Below are positions 52,601 to 60,400 of a stretch of DNA of 64,000 nucleotides, in pieces. The DNA is taken from the NCBI GenBank assembly GCA_950097015.1, contig CATNEN010000024.1:682001-746000 (forward strand), given 5' to 3'. The notes beneath the pieces are model-generated. The model searched no databases, was not told the origin of the DNA, and saw only the letters and a list, made by a program, of their open reading frames with translations. Every line of letters begins with the position of its first letter. The first letter of the stretch is position 1. Position numbers and translations under genes: made by a program. Source of the DNA: Macrostomum hystrix (Eukaryota > Animalia > Platyhelminthes).

Positions 52601-55600
52601 TAAATTCAGAATCGACAGGAAAATTCAGAATCGACAGGAAAATTCAGAATCGACAGGAAAATTCAGAATGGACAGGAAAATTCAGAATCGACAGGAAAAT
52701 TCAGAATCGACAGGTAAATTCATCATCGACTGGTAAATTCAGAATCAACAGGTAAATCCATTATCAACAGGTAAATTCATCCTCAACAGGTAAATTCATC
52801 ATTGACAGGTAAATTCATCATTGAGTGGTAAATTCAGAATCGACGGGTAAATTCATTATCAACAGGTAAATTCATTATCAACAGGTAAATTCAGAATCGA
52901 CAGGGAAATTCAAAATCGACAGGAAAATTCTGAATCGACAGGTAAATTCATTATCAACAGGTTAATTGATCGACAGGTTAATTGATCGACAGGTAAAATT
53001 GATCGACAGGTAAACTGTTTGACTGGCAAATCAATTAATAGATAAGTACGGCTCGTATTTGTATCACGCAAGCCTACAATTAAAGACGCAATTTGAAGTG
53101 TGTGAACCAATGATAATTCTGTGTTTGTAAAATACTCTGCATTTTGACTGTAGGGTACAAATGAAAAAGTTCGCAATTACGTTCAAGCCTTCTAGATAGG
53201 CCATTGACCTACCGGAGAGTACGTTGTCAAACAAGCAGGCAAGCCTCTTCAAGAGAAAAATTGCTATACAAAAACAAAAAATACTGAAGTAGACAAAGGG
53301 TAAAATAGGCAGTCATATATAGGAGAGAGGTGAGATAGGAGAGAGAGGGACAATGAGGTGTTGCTTAACCTGCGACCCGGTTAGCAATGGAGATACTCTT
53401 TTGCAGATTAGGAAAAAGGCGCGCATTGTGTGAAACGCTAAACAAAGAGGAAAACATTCATTTTTAAGTCTGTCTCTGATTCTATCTGTCTCTGATTCTA
53501 TCTGTCTCTGATTCTATCTGTCTCTGATTCTATCTGTCTCTGATTCTATTTATCTTTGATTCTATCTGTCTCTGATTCTACCTGTCTCTGATTCTATCTG
53601 TCTCTGATTCTATTTATCTTTGATTCTACCTGTCTCTGATTCTATCTGTCTCTGATTCTACCTGTCTCTGATTCTATCTGTCTCTGATTCTATCTGTCTC
53701 TGATTCTACCTGTCTCTGATTCTATCTGTCTCTGATTCTATCTGTCTCTGATTCTATCTGTCTCTGATTCTATCGGTCTCTGATTCTACCTGTCTCTGAT
53801 TCTATGGCTCTGATTCTATCTGTCTCTGATTCTATCTGTCTCTGATTCTATCTGTCTCTGATTCTATCTGTCTCTGATTCTATCTGTCTCTGATTCTATC
53901 TGTCTCTGATTCTACCTGTCTCTGATTCTATCTGTCTCTGATTCTATCTGTCTCTGATTCTATCTGTCTCTGATTCTATCTGTCTCTGATTCTACCTGTC
54001 TCTGATTCTATGTCTCTGATTCTATCTGTCTCTGATTCTATCTGTCTCTGATTCTATCTGTCTCTGATTCTATCTGTCTCTGATTCTATCTTCGATTCTA
54101 TCTGTCTCTGATTCTATCTGTCTCTGATTCTATCTGTCTCTGATTCTATCTGTCTCTGATTCGATCTGTCTCTGATTCTATCTGTCTCTGATTCTATCTG
54201 TCTCTGATTCTATCTGTCTCTGATTCTACCTGTCTCTGATTCTATCTGTCTCTGATTCTATCTGTCTCTGATTTTGTCTATCTCTGATTCTATCTGTCTC
54301 TGATTCTACCTGTCTCTGATTCTACCTGTCTCTGATTCTATCTGTCTCTGATTTTACCTGTCTCTGATTCTATCTGTCTCTGATTCTATCTGTCTCTGAT
54401 TCTATCTGTCTCTGATTCTATCTGTCTCTGATTCTACCTGTCTCTGATTCTACCTGTCTCTGATTCTATGTCTCTGATTCTATCTGTCTGATTCTATCTG
54501 TCTCTGATTCTATCTGTCTCTGATTCTATCTGTCTCTGATTCTATCTGTCTCTGATTCTATCTGTCTCTGATTCTATCTGTCTCTGATTCTATCTCTCTC
54601 TGGCTCTATCTGTCTCTGATTCTATCTGTCTCTGATTCTACCTGTCTCTGATTCGATCTGTCTCTGATTCTATCTATCTTTGATTCTACCTGTCTCTGAT
54701 TCTACCTGTCTCTGATTCTACCTGTCTCTGATTCTACCTGTCTCTGATTCTATCTGTCTCTGATTCTATCTGTCTCTGATTCTACCTGTCTCTGATTCTA
54801 TCTGTCTCTTATTCTATCTGTCTCTGATTCTATCTGTCTCTGATTCTATCTGTCTCTGATTCTACCTGTCTCTGATTCTATCTGTCTCTGATTCTGTCTC
54901 TGATTCTATTTATCTTTGATTCTACCTGTCTCTGATTCTACCTGTCTCTGATTCTATCTGTCTCTGATTCTATCTGTCTCTGATTCTATCTGTCTCTGAT
55001 TCTATCTGTCTCTGATTCTACCTGTCTCTGATTCTACCTGTCTCTGATTCTACCTGTCTCTGATTCTACCTGTCTCTGATTCTACCTGTCTCTGATTCTA
55101 TCTGTCTCTGATTCTATCTGTCTCTGATTCTACCTGTCTCTGATTCTACCTGTCTCTGATTTTATCTGTCTCTAATTCTATCTGTCTCTGATTCTACCTG
55201 TCTCTGATTCTATCTGTCTCTGATTCTATCTGTCTCTGATTCTACCTGTCTCTGATTCTACCTGTCTCTGATTCTATGTCTCTGATTCTATCTGTCTCTG
55301 ATTCTATCTGTCTCTGATTCTATCTGTCTCTGATTCTATCTGTCTCTGATTCTATCTTCGATTCTATCTGTCTCTGATTCTATCTGTCTCTGATTCTATC
55401 TGTCTCTGATTCTATCTGTCTCTGATTCGATCTGTCTCTGATTCTATCTGTCTCTGATTCTATCTGTCTCTGATTCTATCTGTCTCTGATTCTACCTGTC
55501 TCTGATTCTATCTGTCTCTGATTCTATCTGTCTCTGATTTTGTCTATCTCTGATTCTATCTGTCTCTGATTCTACCTGTCTCTGATTCTACCTGTCTCTG

Positions 55601-57445
55601 ATTCTATCTGTCTCTGATTCTACCTGTCTCTGATTCTATCTGTCTCTGATTCTATCTGTCTCTGATTCTATCTGTCTCTGATTCTATCTGTCTCTGATTC
55701 TACCTGTCTCTGATTCTACCTGTCTCTGATTCTATGTCTCTGATTCTATCTGTCTGATTCTATCTGTCTCTGATTCTATCTGTCTCTGATTCTATCTGTC
55801 TCTGATTCTATCTGTCTCTGATTCTATCTGTCTCTGATTCTATCTGTCTCTGATTCTATCTCTCTCTGGCTCTATCTGTCTCTGATTCTATCTGTCTCTG
55901 ATTCTACCTGTCTCTGATTCGATCTGTCTCTGATTCTATCTATCTTTGATTCTACCTGTCTCTGATTCTACCTGTCTCTGATTCTACCTGTCTCTGATTC
56001 TACCTGTCTCTGATTCTATCTGTCTCTGATTCTATCTGTCTCTGATTCTACCTGTCTCTGATTCTATCTGTCTCTTATTCTATCTGTCTCTGATTCTATC
56101 TGTCTCTGATTCTATCTGTCTCTGATTCTACCTGTCTCTGATTCTATCTGTCTCTGATTCTGTCTCTGATTCTATTTATCTTTGATTCTACCTGTCTCTG
56201 ATTCTACCTGTCTCTGATTCTATCTGTCTCTGATTCTATCTGTCTCTGATTCTATCTGTCTCTGATTCTATCTGTCTCTGATTCTACCTGTCTCTGATTC
56301 TACCTGTCTCTGATTCTACCTGTCTCTGATTCTACCTGTCTCTGATTCTACCTGTCTCTGATTCTATCTGTCTCTGATTCTATCTGTCTCTGATTCTACC
56401 TGTCTCTGATTCTACCTGTCTCTGATTTTATCTGTCTCTAATTCTATCTGTCTCTGATTCTACCTGTCTCTGATTCTACCTGTCTCTGATTCTACCTGTC
56501 TCTGATTCTACCTGTCTCTGATTCTATCTGTCTCTGATTCTATCTGTCTCTGATTCTACCTGTCTCTGATTCTATCTGTCTCTGATTCTATCTGTCTCTG
56601 ATTCTATCTGTCTCTGATTCTATCTGTCTCTGATTCTACCTGTCTCTGATTCTATCTGTCTCTGATTCTATTTATCTTTGATTCTACCTGTCTCTGATTC
56701 TATCTGTCTCTGATTCTATCTGTCTCTGATTCTACCTGTCTCTGATTCTATCTGTCTCTGATTCTATCTGTCTATCACCTTATTTAATCACCTGGTGCAA
56801 CAATCTGTTTATATTCAGACTCGGGAAGCTCAGAGAATCTACATATTTATAGCATTTAGATCATTTAATTTGAATAGCAGAAAATGAATTCGTAAGAATG
56901 GGGATGCTACAGGGACTAAGCGGAATAAACACATAAACATACTGGCGCCCCACGCACAAGTTGCTGAGGAAATGCTAGTCAGAATGATTTCAATCGGATT
57001 TCTGCAGCGAATATAGGAAAACGAGGACAATCGACAGATACCCCGAATCCGCACCGCACACAGATTGGGTCAGGAAATCAGCTTCGTGTTGGACTTTTTC
57101 CTCACAACCGTCTCGCTGATATCGTTTTTTTTCGAGCAGAAATTTTCGACATCTGGACTGCATCTGACTGGCGCGGTGCGAATGTAAACAAGCCACCCCC
57201 GCCCAGCCTCCGCACAGCTCAGAGGGTGGTCTCTGCGGCCACCCTCAGACCGGGTTCCCAGAAAGTTATCGTTGCCAGACAAATTCTAGCTCGCATTTCT
57301 AGCTGAAGGCTCCACAAGTGATGACGGATCATCGCACCCTCACTCCCCCCGCCTCGCCAAAGCACCCAAAGGCGAGTCCTTGGCCTTGCTTAACTGACCC
57401 ATCGGGATCAGTGGGGGATGCAGTGAAGATGGGTCCGCTACTGCA

Positions 57446-57489
<44 letters not shown>

Positions 57490-60400
57490 TGCTGCCGCTG
57501 ATGCTGCTGCTGCTGCTATTACTGCTGCCACTGCTACCGCTACTGTTGCTGCTGCTGTTACTGCTGCCACTGCTACCGCTACTGTTGCTGCTGCTGTTAC
57601 TGCTGCCACTGCTACCGCTACTGCTGCTGCTGCTGCTGCCGCTGATGCTGCTGCTGCTGCTATTACTGCTGCTGCTGCTGTTACTGCTGCTGCTGCTGCT
57701 GCTACTGCTACTGTTGCTTCTGCTATTACTGCTGCTACTGCTACCGCTACTGCTGCTACTGCTGTTACTGCTGCTGCTGCTGCTGCTGCTACCGCAACTG
57801 TTGCCGCTGCTATTACTGCTGCTGCTGCTGCTGCTACCGCAACTGTTGCCGCTGCTATTACTGCTGCTACTGCTGTTGCTGCTGCTGCTGCTGCTGCTAC
57901 CGCTACTATTGCTGCTGCTGCTACCGCTACTATTGCTGCTGCTGCTGCTGCTACCGCTACTATTGCTGCTGCTGCTGCTACTGCTCCCTAAATCTATACG
58001 TTTTCTGATGTTCGCTCACTTGCAAGAAACAAGAATGGAATCGATGCCCTCTCTAGAAGCAACCAACGCTAGCTAAGATGAGTCGCCTCAGAGAGGGGGT
58101 GGAGGGTTGAAAGAGGGAATCATCGCTACCTACCTATAGTGATCCCTTTCTTCCCTTGATCGACGCATTGATCGTCCGTCTCTTAACTGTCCCGCTTTTC
58201 CCTTCTCTAACGGAAAGGAAAAATGCAAGACCATTGCCAGCAGCTTGTTCACCTTTCCCCAGTGTGTCCTCTATTTGTGGTTCTACCTTCCTTTGAGCCT
58301 CGCGTAGGTACCGCTTGCAGTCAGTGTGTTTCGTTATTTTCTTCAATTCAACAAAAAATATTTATTTCATGCACCCTCACCTTAGACTCATTGTAAAGTG
58401 AGGACTCCACTTAGAGCCCACTCGAAATACTCAAAAATTCGCTATATGAAACCGTTAAACCAGCTGTTTTGAAGTTTGCATTGCTGACTTGAAATCTAAC
58501 TATTCAGAAAAAAAGTCTTTTCGTAGCCGATATGTTTCGAAATAGCTGTAACTAGACCTGGTTTGTATTAAACGCAGATCGCGAAGGGACGCTGTGAATT
58601 TTGTGAATTCCTAAGTATAAAAATATGAAATGGGAACTTCCCAGGATAAATATTGTGGGGATAAAAGCAAAGCGATGAGATTATTTATTCGTTTATTCGT
58701 TTATCACTAGCCTTTCATTCAAACAAAATAGTTTGAGTTGGCCTCGATTTCCACCGATAATAATGAGCTGGCTGATATATTTTGAGCACACAGCACACGA
58801 CAGAAAAATAAGAGAATAAAAAAGATAGATGCAGAAATTTTATTCTCACTCTAGAAAAGTGGATTAACTCCAAAAAATGGGCTGAAAAGGCTGGATGAGA
58901 TTTCCTCGGTCAGTTCGTCCCAGGAATTTAAGACGTTCTAAGAAGCTCATTAAAAGTGCATGACTCAAAAAACTCACTTTACGTTCAGAGAGCTATTGAC
59001 TGGAAAATTTAGGTGACTGGATACTTAGGTAATTGGATACTTAGGAGAATGGATATTTTGGTCAATGGATATTAGGTGAATGGATATTTAGGTGAATGTA
59101 TATTTAGGTTAATCGAAATTTAGGTGAATCGATATTTAGGTGAATGGATATTTAGGTGAATGGATATTTAGGTAAATGGATATTTAGGTGAATGGATGTT
59201 TTGGTAAAATGATATTTAGGTGAATGGATACTTGGTTGAATGGAAATTTTGGTAAAATTATATTTAGGTGAATGGATATTTAGATGAATGGATATTTAGG
59301 TGAATCGATATTTAGGTGAATGGATGTTTTGGTAAAATGATATTTAGGTGAATGGATACTTAGTTGAATGGAAATTTTGGTAAAATGATATTTAGGTGAA
59401 TGGATATTTAGATGAATGGATATTTAGGTGAATCGATATTTAGGTGAATGGATGTTTTGGTAAAATGATATTTAGGTGAATGGATATTTAGATGAATGGA
59501 TATTTAGGTGAATCGATATTTAGGTGAATGGATGTTTTGGTAAAATGATATTTAGGTGAATGGATATTTAGATGAATGGATATTTAGGTGAATCGATATT
59601 TAGGTGAATGGATGTTTTGGTAAAATGATATTTAGGTGAATGGATATTTAGATGAATGGATATTTAGATGAAAGGATATTTTAGTGAATGGATATTTAGG
59701 TAAATCGATATTTAGATGAAAGGATATTTTGGTGAATGGATATTTAGGTGCATGGAGATTTAGGTGGCTGGATAAATTCTTCAATACAGCTTCAAATGTT
59801 CTTCTAAAACAAAGAGGCCTTAACAATGGGCCGGAATTTCGAAACTTTTTAAGGTTTTGTCCTATTTTTTTTTTTTTAATATTTTTGTGATACAACAAAG
59901 CGAGCGAGTTAAAATAAAATCTGTTAATAATGGAATTCTTGCTTTTGATAGCAACTCAATAGATGAGAATTTACCTAGGCCCAGGAAGAGGCCAGTTTTT
60001 AGATTTGACAATAAAAGCAAACAACAAAAAGCATTGGCATGGTATGGACCGTTACAACCGCTAAAAGTGAAGGTAGTGAAATTTGGCATGCGTGACCGCC
60101 CGTTGTGTGACTCACTACAATGTGGCTAATCACAAAATGCTGGCATGTCCCCTTTGCTGTATTCTCATCTTCAAGTCCGTCACCACCAGCACAGACTGCT
60201 GCCCCACTGCTGCATTAAGCAAAACGGAATTTTCTAAAATAATTCTCTCTAAGGTGAAGGGTAGAATGCCTCTGTGCAATGAGGAGAGAATGAGTGAATG
60301 GGATGCGGTTGCGCATTGTAGGCAGGGAATAGAGAATCACTTTAGCGGAACAAATTTGAGTAGACTGGGGCACAGACTCCTAACTAAATAATAGCTATTA

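Noticed and set aside
57318-58076. Poly-Leu ORF on the + strand
   Set aside because: Trinucleotide tract; the variants are simple transitions; no supporting gene structure
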